From: Trichodelitschia bisporula
Lineage: Eukaryota
DNA: 64,000 nucleotides
Direction of reading: 5' to 3'
Assembly (NCBI GenBank): GCA_010356995.1
Contig: ML996690.1
Location: 623,420 to 687,419 of the forward strand
The position numbers and the translations under genes are program-made. The notes under the pieces were generated by a model. That model searched no databases. It was not told the DNA's origin and saw only the letters and a list, made by a program, of their open reading frames with translations. This document shows, piece after piece, positions 11,150-22,434 of the stretch (the first letter of the stretch is position 1; each line of letters opens with the position of its first letter).

Positions 11150-12481
11150 ATGGACGGTTCACCAGCCATGGAGCCGGCGAACGGATCTCCATCCGAAGCC
11201 CCTCCACCCACCGACAAACCCCCCGCAAACAAGCGCAACAGGCGCCCAAACTACGCCCAACTCCACGCGCGTCCCCTCCCGTTGATCACAACACCGCTCC
11301 CCGCCTTCATCCCACACAACCCTCTCTCCCTCATACGCATCCTTCACGCTCTCCTTTTACCCTACATCGCACCCCCGCCCTCGCACCCCGCCCCCCGCTA
11401 CCAGGCCTACTTCTCGCCCGCCACACGCTCAGTGCACGTCACGGACCCAGCCGCTGTGCGCGCATTATGGGAGTCAGGCTTCTTTGGCAAGGGCAGTTTG
11501 AGTCGGAGTGAGCCGACGTGGTTGGAGGGGGAGAAGAGGAGACGTGGACTCGGGGCGGAGGTTACGAGTGAGGAGGTTACGGCGAAGAGGAGAAGGGAGC
11601 GCGTGGAATTTAAGCGTGAGCGGGCGCGGTTGGAGAGGGAGGCGGTTGAGGAGCAGTTGAGGAAAGAGAAGATTGCTGCGAATGGTGGGGCTGTGGACGA
11701 GCTGGTAGAAAAGGTTGCTGCACTTGAGGTTACGGAGGTGAATGGCTCTGCGCAGGCCGGGGAGTCCCCTGAGACGGTGGAAGACCCTGTTGAGGTTGTT
11801 GTTGAGGCATCAGATCTGAAAGCAGAAGCGGCAGCGGATCCGGAAACCGCACCAGCACCCTCAGTACAGGATGTCGACATCCACCTCGTCAACCAAGAGC
11901 ACCTACAACTCTCTCTCGAAGAAGCCTTCTTCCTAACCTACGCCCTTGGCGTCCTAGATGTCCAACTCCCCTCGTCCTCCTCTCCCACCCTGCCCACCAA
12001 CGCCTCCTACCTGCACCTCTTCCGTACGCACTCTCGCTTCCCGCCCTCCGCCACGCTTACGCCTACCGACCCCTTCCTCCTCCGCTACGCCGTATACCAC
12101 CACTTCCGCGCCCTAGGCTGGGTCGTGCGCGACGGTGTCAAATTCGCCTCCGACTTCCTGCTCTACGAGCGCGGGCCCGTATTCAAGCACGCGGCATTTG
12201 CGGTCATGGTGCTCCCGTCCTTTACCCACGAGTACTGGTTCGAGGATCCGCTGGGTGTAAAGGAGAGGAGGAGGGTGGAGGGGGAGCGGGGCGGAAGGGA
12301 TTGGGTGTGGTTGCATTGCGTTAATCGCGTGCAGACGGCGGTGGTTAAGACACTGGTTATTGCGTATGTGGATGTTCCCCCGCCCGGGGAGGAGGTGGAT
12401 GATGTTGGAGATGTGCTGGGGAGGTATAAGGTTAGGGAGTTTTGTCTGTCGAGGTGGAGTCCGAATCGGAATCGGGGTTAG
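11150..12481 (+). CDS. SEN2: tRNA-splicing endonuclease catalytic subunit Sen2, intronless
   Basis: LWESGFFGKGSLSRSEP, EHLQLSLEEAFFL, YHHFRALGWVVRDGVKFASDFLLYERGPVFKHA, C-terminal RWSPNRNR. Confidence 0.95.
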   Translation: MDGSPAMEPANGSPSEAPPPTDKPPANKRNRRPNYAQLHARPLPLITTPLPAFIPHNPLSLIRILHALLLPYIAPPPSHPAPRYQAYFSPATRSVHVTDPAAVRALWESGFFGKGSLSRSEPTWLEGEKRRRGLGAEVTSEEVTAKRRRERVEFKRERARLEREAVEEQLRKEKIAANGGAVDELVEKVAALEVTEVNGSAQAGESPETVEDPVEVVVEASDLKAEAAADPETAPAPSVQDVDIHLVNQEHLQLSLEEAFFLTYALGVLDVQLPSSSSPTLPTNASYLHLFRTHSRFPPSATLTPTDPFLLRYAVYHHFRALGWVVRDGVKFASDFLLYERGPVFKHAAFAVMVLPSFTHEYWFEDPLGVKERRRVEGERGGRDWVWLHCVNRVQTAVVKTLVIAYVDVPPPGEEVDDVGDVLGRYKVREFCLSRWSPNRNRG

Positions 12482-12581
12482 TGGAGTGGGAGAAGGGTAG
12501 GCTTCACTTCGGAAATCACCAGCGAAAAGGAGTAATAGTAGGAGCGGCAGTATCAAGGCCAGAGAGGCCGTCGCTCGCCGC

Positions 12582-14000
12582 CTATTGCTTCAGCCGTATA
12601 TCGCTCAACCCAGCCGCCACATCCGCCGTCGCACCATCAAAGAAATCATTCATAACCACAACCAACTGCTCCGCCTTCAACCTGTTCAACGCATTCCTCC
12701 GTATCCACGGCAGCGTCTTCCAATCGCAGATTGGCTTCGTCGCCAGCAAACACGAATTCGACACCCCAGCGCTAACCACGCTATATGCCACCACATCCTT
12801 GATATTCGTCGCAGTCGCCTGACACTGCAAATTCGTAAACGCCTTCCCGTTCTGGCTCGCCGGGCCCAGCTTCTCGAATTCGGCGACGATGCTGTCCCCG
12901 TTCAGTGTCGCGTTCGCTCCGTCGGTGTATGTGGAGAGCGAATCTACATCCCGGCATATGATTAGCCGCTTCTTTTGTTCGCGTAGCTGTGCCGTCGTCG
13001 ACCGCTGGAGGTCACCCAAATCGCCCACCACGAGCTGCCCGTTCGCCCGTCCCAGTGCGGTGTTCAGTTCGGAAGCGAGCTCGCCGTCGCTCGGCCGCGC
13101 ACACTCCGCCGGGACCCCGTCCCACCGCAACTGCACCACGACTATCTCCCCCGTGTTCGCAAGCAGGAAAGTAGCAATATCCGCCAAAAACTGCGCATAC
13201 GGCATCCCGGGAATAGGCCCATGCGTAAAGTACAACGCATCTCTCGGAATCCCCGCCTGGCCCCTAACCGCACTGTGCAAATGTGCCGGTCTGAACTCAA
13301 AATACCTTGCCCCAGTGGCAAGAATATCCCCCAAGCTATCCTTCTGCGTAATAGCGAGGCCTTGGATGATATTCGGTAACATGCCGAGCAGCACATCGTC
13401 GCTCATCTTCCCGCCCAGCCCGCTGATGACCCCGGAGGCGCCTTTGAAGACGGGTAGGACTGCTTTGCCGGCGGATTGGATCAGCGCGGTGGGCGTTTGC
13501 AGGCTGTTCATCCCGACATCGTGTGCGGCGGGGAGCACCCAGCGGGTAAATGGCTTGCGTTCGGCGTCAGACCCGAGCGGCGCGAGGCGGCTCATCCACC
13601 CGGCCCGGTTCGGGGTCACGGTGACCCAGCACTGGTCGGCCTTCGGTAGACCCGCGATCCCCGGCCCGGCGTCGTAGAAACCGAACGAGACGACCAGGTC
13701 CGGGGTTATCACGGCGCGCTGGTCGGCCATGCGGGCCATGGTCCCGCGCTCGATGTTGCCGATCAGCGTGTTGATATCCACATATTGCGTCGTGACGGTG
13801 TTATTGCGGAACAGGACGCGGAACAGGAAGCGCCCGGCGAACTCAAAGGGGTTGCGGATGTGGGATTTGTCGACTTCGAGGTGGTCGTTTGTCCATTCGC
13901 CGAGTTGGGAGCGGGAGAGGGAGGACCCGGGGACGGTGTATTCGACGCTCGCGCCGGGGAGGCTGATGAAGGTGTAGATTTGGACGCCTTTGGTGGGCAT
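12582..14000 (-). CDS. PI-PLC X-domain / PLC-like phosphodiesterase, intronless
   Basis: 472-aa ORF with LPAAHDVGM, AITQ...L..GARYFEFRP, YFTHG and EIVVV motifs typical of PI-PLC-like TIM barrels. Confidence 0.82.
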   Translation of the reverse strand: MPTKGVQIYTFISLPGASVEYTVPGSSLSRSQLGEWTNDHLEVDKSHIRNPFEFAGRFLFRVLFRNNTVTTQYVDINTLIGNIERGTMARMADQRAVITPDLVVSFGFYDAGPGIAGLPKADQCWVTVTPNRAGWMSRLAPLGSDAERKPFTRWVLPAAHDVGMNSLQTPTALIQSAGKAVLPVFKGASGVISGLGGKMSDDVLLGMLPNIIQGLAITQKDSLGDILATGARYFEFRPAHLHSAVRGQAGIPRDALYFTHGPIPGMPYAQFLADIATFLLANTGEIVVVQLRWDGVPAECARPSDGELASELNTALGRANGQLVVGDLGDLQRSTTAQLREQKKRLIICRDVDSLSTYTDGANATLNGDSIVAEFEKLGPASQNGKAFTNLQCQATATNIKDVVAYSVVSAGVSNSCLLATKPICDWKTLPWIRRNALNRLKAEQLVVVMNDFFDGATADVAAGLSDIRLKQ

Positions 14001-14508
14001 AGTTGCGGTTGGATTGGTAGATCGTGCGCGGAGAGGGGACTGGAGAGGAGGGAGCAGCGCTGTAGCGCTTTATATCACCCCGCCATGCCCCGCGCTATTT
14101 GCGCCAGCTGAGGGCGCCGCAGCTGAAGTGCGAGATGCATGCTGTGGGTGCCCGTGATTGGAGGTGTGATCTTGCGCTTCCATCACGCAGGGCGTGAGGG
14201 GTGCCAAGCTGACCTGCATGACCTGCATGAGGGGCAGTCGGGTGAGATCTGAGTCCAATCGCTGCGTAGATCATGCGCATTGGCGGGCTGAAGGGCTGAG
14301 TTGGGCTCAGCTTTTGCGCCTGGGGACGTCATAGTGTGGCTGTTAGTTGGCGATCTATGCTGGACGTCGGGCAATGAGCTTCAGCCTGATGCAGTAACTT
14401 TCCCAGGCTCTAACCATGCATTCTCTAGCCTCAGTATTGTACATCGAGCTCCAAAAATGCAATGCCGATCTATGCAAAAAGTCCACTTCTCCATCCCGAA
14501 TTCACACC

Positions 14509-17500
14509 CTAAATCTCCCCAATTTTATTCCCCGCCTTCGAGAAGAACCGCACCGACGTCCCTCTCTTCGTAATCGACACTTTATCCACCAACCCCCGCG
14601 CATTCCAACTCATCGTCAAAATCGTCCCTCCCCGAATCCTCAACCCCTTCACCGTCCCCGGCCCCCACCTTGCCGGAATCGCCGGTCCGAGAACCACACC
14701 CCTCGGGCCGTTATCATTGTACGACAGCGGCAGATCAACAACCAACATGCTCAACATTGCCGCCGCGATGCCAAAATTGGCATCGATCTGGAACGGCCCG
14801 TTCATGCCGTTATACTGGCTAAGCCCATTGACAGCAAAGTTGCTAACAATGGTGTACCTCAGCAAGAAATCCGCCTGATCCGTGTTATTCAGGCGCGCCC
14901 AGCAGGCCGACCGCCAAATCTTCTCCCAGCCCGCATTGCCATCAGGTCCGCGCCCATTACCGCGGCTGCGCAGCGACGCCTCTACCGCCTTCTGGATATC
15001 GGTGCGGCCGTACCCGTTCAGGAAACCCGCGATGCTGTAGCCCGGATACCAGCCGACGAGATGCGAGAGATGGCGATGCGTATTACCCTGAGCATCCAGC
15101 TCGCGCGTGTCCGGCACCTTCCATTCCTTGATCTGGCCCCAGGAGCCGATGTGCAGGCCCTTGTCGAGGGAGTTGAGGTACACGCCGAGGCTGGTGATGA
15201 AGGTGGTGTCGATGTCGTTGACGGCGGCGCCGGCGCGGAGCACCGTGTCAAAGAGCTGGTGGATCAGCTGCTGAAAGTGGGTGCAGCCGTAGGTGGTTGG
15301 GCCGTGCTCTGGACTGTTACAGGGGTTTGCTACGAGGGTGCTGTCGCTGCGGTCAAGTTGGAGCTGGGAGAGCCAGAAGTTGGCTGCGTCGCGCATCATT
15401 ATGTAGCCGGTCTGCTGTAGGAAGGGGAGGTCTTGCGTATAGTCCCAGTGGTCGAAGACGTGTTGCATCATCCAAGCCGCGGCGACCGGATCTGCTCATG
15501 GTAAGTGCACGCGCTATTTGAGGGCGCTTCCGACTTACAATTAGCCCACGTTGCATTGTCCTTCATTCCAGTGTGACCGAAGATGTTGACCTCGTTGTGC
15601 ACCACCCACCCGTTCGCTCCATACAACTTCCTCGCTGTCTCGGCTCCTCTGGGGATCTGTCAAGATTAACAAATGAAGAAACACAAGCAGCTCTAACTGA
15701 CCCATGTATCCTTGATGAACCGCCAGAGCGCCTGCGTAGTGTCCCCGAGGCCCGTCTGCTCCGCAAACCAGTAGTTCATCTGCAGGTTGATATTGGTATG
15801 ATAGTCTCCACCCCACGCCGTCTCGAGTCCGTCGGTCCACACGCCCTGCAGATTGGCCGGCAAGGAGTTCTGCCGCGAAGAGCAGACGAGTAAGTGCCGC
15901 GCATAGTCAAAGAGAAGGGCTTCGACGTAGGACCCGTCCGCAGCAGCTTGGGCATCGGTATCCATAGCAGGCCGCTGGACCATGGGAATTTCGGTCGGCG
16001 ATGCCTCATACGCGGCCCTGCTGTTACTGAACGAAGGTGGTGGAGGAGCTGGTGGACCAGTGGCTCTTGTTAAGGACGGCTTCGCCGAGGTCAATGTGAC
16101 GGTAATGGTGGTGGACGCTCCGGCTGTGTCGGTTTGGGTGACCACGGTCGTTCCAGCCTTGCTCCAAGGAAGGGCAGACGACCCGTTGAAGCCCTTCGGT
16201 AGTGTGGAGGGAAATTGAAATCCGGGAAAGGTGGCGGTGACGATAGGCGTTTGCAACGAGTCCTTGTGTGGCTCCTGGCGCTTGCGCAGCCGTCGCCGGT
16301 ACTCCGCAAAGTGCGACTCCGCGTCGTCGTTCACTTCGTCTGAATCCACTTCCCGCTTAGCCTTCCCTGGCTTGGTGGCCTTCGGGGCATCGGACTGGCG
16401 CTTCTTCTTCATCGGTACCCCTGCTGTAGACCGGTACCGATCCAAAAGCTGGAAGAGCTCGAGGCCTTCCGATGGATACTGCGAATTCTTCCAAGGGTCG
16501 TTCAGCTCGAGCGTAAACTGATTCATCAGGTTTTGGTAGTCCTGCTGATGAGCTATTAGAGTCTTGCTTTCCAGTTTCGTTGATGCCATTGCCGTGATTT
16601 TCTGGACCGCCTCGTATGGATCGGCTCCCTTGCAATTGTACTGACTTGCAGCATTGCAACGCAGCTGCTCGTAGTTTGTGCCGGCTCCGATGATGATTGC
16701 GAGGGTATTCAAGGGCTCGTCCTCTCCATATGCGCTGCCAGTCACCACGAGTGTCCCCGGGTCGGTATCGCTGCAAGATGAGATCGGAGTTCCTAGAGGC
16801 CCTGTTCCGAGACGAGCCAGGACATCGTATTTCATACCCTCCGGTGGTCCCTTTTGCGTCGTGCCCGACATGCGGATGAAGCTGACGCCGCATGTTGCGT
16901 TCACCAAGTCTTTCGGAGACCGCTTGTTCTCCAGGCTCAACGCGATGTTCGGCAGGGAGCCCGTGTTGACGCTCACTCTGTATACACATACTTGAGCGGG
17001 ATATGAGCAATAGACTGCGGTCGTGTAGGTCTTATTATCATTGGCGTAAAAGGTGGTCGTATGGACACCGGTGTTTAGATCCAGGGAGCGCTTGAAGCCG
17101 GAATAGCTGTTGATGCCGGCAATCTGAACCGTGAGGTTCGCGAGGACTCTATAGCTTCCATAGGCATTATTATTTCCGAGAATCGTCCCTAGGCCTGGGG
17201 ATGTTAGAAACTGCAGCAAGCTTACGGTGAGAACATACTGCCGCTCCCAGTTTTGAAGATGCCGTCTCTAACTGACTGTAATGTTCGTGATTGTTCCTTT
17301 TCAGGATTTCCACCCGTGTAGGTCTAATACAAACTCAGCGTCGTCACAGTGAAGAAGAGTGCCCTCGATCATCCATCCGAGTTCTGAAGGCGACTGCTCA
17401 GATGGTACGTACACTGGACTCAAAGGGACCACCAGACCACAGTGAATCGACGTTCAAGTTGACCTTCTCAATGCTGGGTTGGCCGAATGGGATCGCTTTA

Positions 17501-17691
17501 GACGTATTAGCCAGCGCATAGAAGAAGAACGACAACCCACCCCCAAGCTTGCCATTTCCCACGAGAAAGCCCTCGCGAAACAAGTTCGCGCCCGATGCCG
17601 GCCACGACGCCCAAATCGACTTGCCTTGGACCCCGGAGAGGGCCGACAAGGTTGTGGCGACAACCACAGGAATGGGACTACTCAGCCTCAT
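14509..17691 (-). CDS. Secreted glycoside hydrolase family 95 (alpha-L-fucosidase-like), multi-exon
   Basis: Signal peptide, [68 protein letters not shown]. Several short introns, boundaries not all resolved. Confidence 0.92.
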
Positions 17692-18861
17692 CCCGGTTCA
17701 CCTGTGCGGCCCAAAGGGGAGAGAAAAGAATGGACAGGAGGAAAAGCTCCTAGCAACATGAGAAAGCAAGAGGGAACGGGTTATGGTTTTGTGAGAATAG
17801 CAGCACTATCTGGCTTCATTTGGGGCGGCAATTGGCCCAGGGCCGGGGCCCGGTGATATTTTCCCCACTGTTGAGCCTCGTCTATTGAACCGCAAATTGA
17901 GAGATGTGCTTGGCCACGTGAAAAGAGAGAGGCGAAACGCTGAAACGCTGGGGTCGATCAATTTGACTGCATTCGTAAGCGGGAAGCTTGGGCCGAGGAA
18001 GGCAATCCTCCACGATGCACAGACCGCACTTTGGATGGAGTTGCCACGGGTATATCACTGGGCACTCTTTGGGTTGGCTAATTTGCCATGAGAGGGCAGA
18101 GGACGAAATAGAAACTTGGCTTCGGGATGCTGGATGGCAGACGCGCACCTGATGCACGCATTTCGGGAGGCTGAAAACAGACAATGGGTGGTCCAATTAA
18201 GCGGTCCGAATTCTCGCGTATCTCATTGAAGGACCATATGCCTCGTGGCCGAAAACCAGGGACCGGCCAAGGGCAAGAATACCACAATTGGCAGGGAAAA
18301 GGGCTAAGAATTAGTCGGCAGTTGAAAGCTTCAGGATGCTGTGAGCCCTGGCTTAATAAAGATCCCTCGACTGTAAATGTCTGGCAGGTGATGTCACTGC
18401 CCCGGCCCCGGCACGGGAGAGATCGATCGGATCCTTCCGCCATGGGCCAGTACGATCATCCAACTGTACGTCTGTTCCTGACAGAACGCGGATCGATGGT
18501 CCACCGTTCTGGGCGTGCGCTGCACCAAGCCGCTAGAACTAGCATGTACCTCGTGGGACTTCGATCATGCACATTCCATAGATACCGAACAGTCTTGTCC
18601 GTTGCCAAGGCGAGATAACGCATCTGAGATGCACCAATTGCCGAAAGAACATCGGCAGAAGATCGCAATGACAAGGGTTTTATCTGCCAGCACCAACCAG
18701 TTCAAGCTGCACTCCGACCGCTCCAGCGCCCAAGAGACGAATACCATAACAGAGATCGGTGTGGCAGTGCACGGAGGAAGGATCGCAGACTCGGGATTGA
18801 TATCATTTCGGGTACGTATTTGATAAGTTGACGAGAAGGGGTGGCCACAATATGCGACAGC

Positions 18862-20296
18862 TCATCGTGACATCTTTTCTTGCCCGCGTGGCTGTCGAGA
18901 TGTTGAACTTGGCGAGTCGGGAGTACGGCGTACATCGGTTATGACGATGCCGAGAATCCAGCAATTCACGAGGAAGAAGAAAAGGCCTGAAAGCCAGAGT
19001 CCGGGGGTGAAAGTGGAGATTCCGAGAAACTCCAGACGGTAGCCTTGTTGTAGCCACAACGCCTGTGAAGAAGATATCAGCTCGTATACTCGAACATCCA
19101 GAATGCTTACCTGGCCAAGAACCCAAAGCACACAGGCCGTGATCCCCAAAGCGGGTCTCTGGAGAAGCGACGATGTTGGCAGATAAAATGGCAAAAATAT
19201 CAGGTACCACAGAAAGTACTACAAATTGTGATGAGTATAGATTAATAGCAATCTGATTTATCTCACCTGACTGGTGCACACTTTATTGAAAGTAACGAAT
19301 GCAAATGTCTGGGCCAGCATTGCGGTGGCAAGGTCCTTTTTGGCAAGTGCAATGGGGATGGCGACAGTGCTGAGGAGGAGTTGAGGGACAAAGGCGAGAG
19401 ACTCCAAATGTAGCGACGACCGTGCTGCTGGTGAGGAGTTGAGATACAGCAGTGTGTTGTAGGGCGAGAAGTTGTGACGGTGGTCGATTCTAGTGAAGTG
19501 ATGGAGGTAGCTGTGTTGTACGAAGGGCCAGCCGTATCTTGAAGAGTTAGCGACGCTAAGAGCTGATATGAACGGGCACGCACTTCGCAAACATCCAGCC
19601 ATTGAGGGCCATGAAGACGGCGAAGCTATATAGCGCGAGGGAAATGCGAGTTCGATTGAAAAAGGCAATGGCCCGTTTAAAAGCACTCGGCTCCTGCGTA
19701 TTCTTCACAGGCACTCCATCCAACCGCTCCTGATCAAGCCACCAGATGATCGAAGGCGCATAAATGAACGGGTATATCTTGAAATGGACTGCAAATCCGA
19801 GGATAAAACCGGCAAGCAAAATTCTTTTCTGCGTTACAGCCCAAAGTAAGGCTGCTGCAGTCACACCGAGCAGGCCCTCGGAGCTTCCTCTTGTGCTGAT
19901 AGTTGCAACCATGGGATTCAGCAGCCAGATGGAGGCGAACTTGAGCGCCCTCTCACTCGACATCTGGTAGGACGAACGAAGAACCAGAAGAATCAAGAAC
20001 CCGGCAACGATGTCGGCGGCAGCAAAGAGCACTTTTCCGAAAGAGAACCATAGGCGACTCCATGTTGTCGGAAGCAGCAGCCAGGCAAGGATGGGGGTGT
20101 AGCGGTAGGTGTCCCGGTCGTATGGTGAGCGCCCCTGGGCCATAAAACGTGAAGCATCCGTGAAAACATAGTAGTCGATGTCCGTGTACTTGAACGCCGA
20201 GAAGTTGTCCTGGAAAATGCCGTATACCAACAAGCCAACACGGAGGAGCACAGCAGCCGTAAAAACGGTGATGGTGTTAAAGCGAAGTAGCGGCAT
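18862..20296 (-). CDS. GPI14: GPI mannosyltransferase 1 (PIG-M)
   Basis: KYTDIDY, SPYDRDTYRYTP, LLNPMVATISTRGSSE, HFKIYP, RIDHRHNFS, TFNKVCTSQYFLWY; introns 19538-19583 and 19219-19266. Confidence 0.95.
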
Positions 20297-20630
20297 GTTG
20301 TTCGACATTAGACCACGATTCCGAGTTCGTAGACGACCTAGCACCCCGCAGCTGCGGGATCAATTGGCATTTCCGAGCGCACCTATCTAGATCCTCTCTT
20401 GATGTTGGATATTGAAGCCAGAAGTCGATACTCGTGAGCAAGCCCCCCGTCTGAGCACGGTCCAAACTACTGCCTCGTCGCCTGGCGCATGGATCTTGCC
20501 AAGCGCGGGAACTTTCCGCATACGTACCGTAGGCTGGGTGGATGACGGCAAGGGCGAGTAACAAACGCCGCGACGTAGCTGCCCCAAAATGACTCTAACA
20601 GGAAACAAAAGGACCGCCGAAGAAGCCTTC

Positions 20631-21503
20631 ATGGCTCAACCAAAGACCATGTCGCCCTTTCTCCCCATATTCGAGACGTTCCGCAGTGAGTTAGATGAGC
20701 ACCATGACCGCAGGGAGCGCATCATCAAAGCGTCGCGCGACATCACGGCAGCTAGCAAGAAGATGTGAGCCACGATTTTTACGGCGACTTGACCTTGCTA
20801 ACACTTTCAGTATCTTCTCACTGCAGAGGTGAGGTGCCGGTGCCTCGCTTGACGCTGTGTAGTAAGCTAGCCTAACGGTACTAGAGTGCGCACCTTGAAC
20901 GATCCTTTCCCGGCACAGGTAGCAAAAGACACAAAGAAACACTACGACACGATCCGCGATAGATACTCATCCATATCCCGCGATTTACAGGGCATAAATT
21001 CCTTCCGGTACCAATTTCAAATTACTCCAGGGAACCAGGAGTTCGTGGAGGCCATCACATTTCAACACTATCTCTCTCACCAAATGCTCATGACCCACGA
21101 GGAGGCGCAAAAAGAGTTGGACAAGTTGACTGGCGGAGGAGAGCGCGTCATTCTCACAGCAGAGGATTTCTTGCTTGGGATATTTGACATGACGGGCGAG
21201 CTTATGCGCTTTGCTATTACCACCATGGCCACAACTGGCCAACTGCCTGGCGCTGAGAAGGGGCCAGGGCACCACACGGTTCTTTCAGACCTTCGGGAAC
21301 TGCGCACACAACTGGAGCAGGTTAATGTTCACGAAGGTGGGCGTTTCAAGAAGGACTTTAGCTCAAAGATGGAGGTGATGCGGACATGTGTAGAGAAAGT
21401 GGAGGGCGCGCTCTATGGGCAGGTTGTGCGTGGCGCGGAGCGACCGAAAGGATGGGTTCCAGATCTTAACGGAGGCAGGAGAGAAGAAGCGGAAGCCTAT
21501 TGA
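20631..21503 (+). CDS. Translin-associated factor X (TRAX, C3PO subunit)
   Basis: ELDEHHDRRERIIKASRDITAASKKIIFSLQR, QEFVEA, DFLLGIFDMTGELMRFAI; introns 20765-20810 and 20829-20884 flank an 18-nt microexon. Confidence 0.92.
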
Positions 21504-22116
21504 AGCCTGTACCATAGTCAGAGTGAAGTTAAACCGGCCCTGACGGCTCGCTATGGGATTAAGATCGAAACCCCCGGAATGAGCCCCAAAAATGTAGAAG
21601 AAGGAGTAGCAAGTGAAGTCAATATGCGAGTACTTACGTTGGTACAAGCATGGTCTAGTCCAGCATGGCCCAGATGCGACCGTAATATCCGAAAGCGGCG
21701 ATGGAAGTTGCGTCGCCCGCGAAAGCGGAGCGCGGGCAAATCCTCTAACGCAGGCTGTGGAGGCACTCTCTTTATGAATGCAGCTCACTTTGACCCTGAG
21801 AGGCTGGAAATAATGACTTACCGAACTCCGATGTTGCCGAGACACGAGACGACAGCAGGAGGTTGTTTAGCGCCGAGTCTGCCTGGCCGCCTCACGCCAT
21901 AGCCGCCACACTGCGAAAGCGCAAGCGTCTGGTCCCGCCCCAGCCCAGTCAACATCATAATCACCCACCACTCTTGCTCGGTGGAGGACTCACTACTTGG
22001 CCGAGCACCCAAGGAAAACCCCCACAACTACCACGACGGCCGGGTCAGCCCAAAGGTCTTCTCATCTCTACCCAACATTCGCACACCACCAGGTTCCAAG
22101 CCTTCACTACATAATA

Positions 22117-22227
22117 ATGCCCACTTTCCCCGCTGTGCCTCTCCAAGACCGCAGCTCAGAGCACAATGAATTCGACGCCCGTTTTCCAATGAACACCATC
22201 CCCCGCCGCAGTGCTTCCCACCCGTAG
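22117..22227 (+). promoter_or_regulatory. Candidate 36-codon uORF, in frame with the downstream PIN gene
   Basis: ataATGc context; ends CCG TAG at 22225-22227; the same frame stays open downstream to ATG 22435. Confidence 0.45.
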
Positions 22228-22434
22228 GATATTTCTCCTGCCGACGCACACCGTCCGCTGCCTTTGGAATATGCCCAAGGGCTCTTACTGAACACTTGTG
22301 CTAAAGCACATCGCAAAACAGAAATTGGTGAGCTGGCCTACGTTTGCTACTCCTCGCATCGAGCCAAAGTTTTGCAACGCCCCTCGGTATCGCAACTTGC
22401 TGACATCCGTCCAGACCCAAACCTTCTCACCACC

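Noticed and set aside
12889..13677. 262-aa antisense ORF within the PLC-like gene
   Set aside because: Shadow ORF from high GC content; no motifs.
14416..15420. 334-aa antisense ORF over GH95
   Set aside because: Stop-poor antisense frame expected from GC-rich codon bias.
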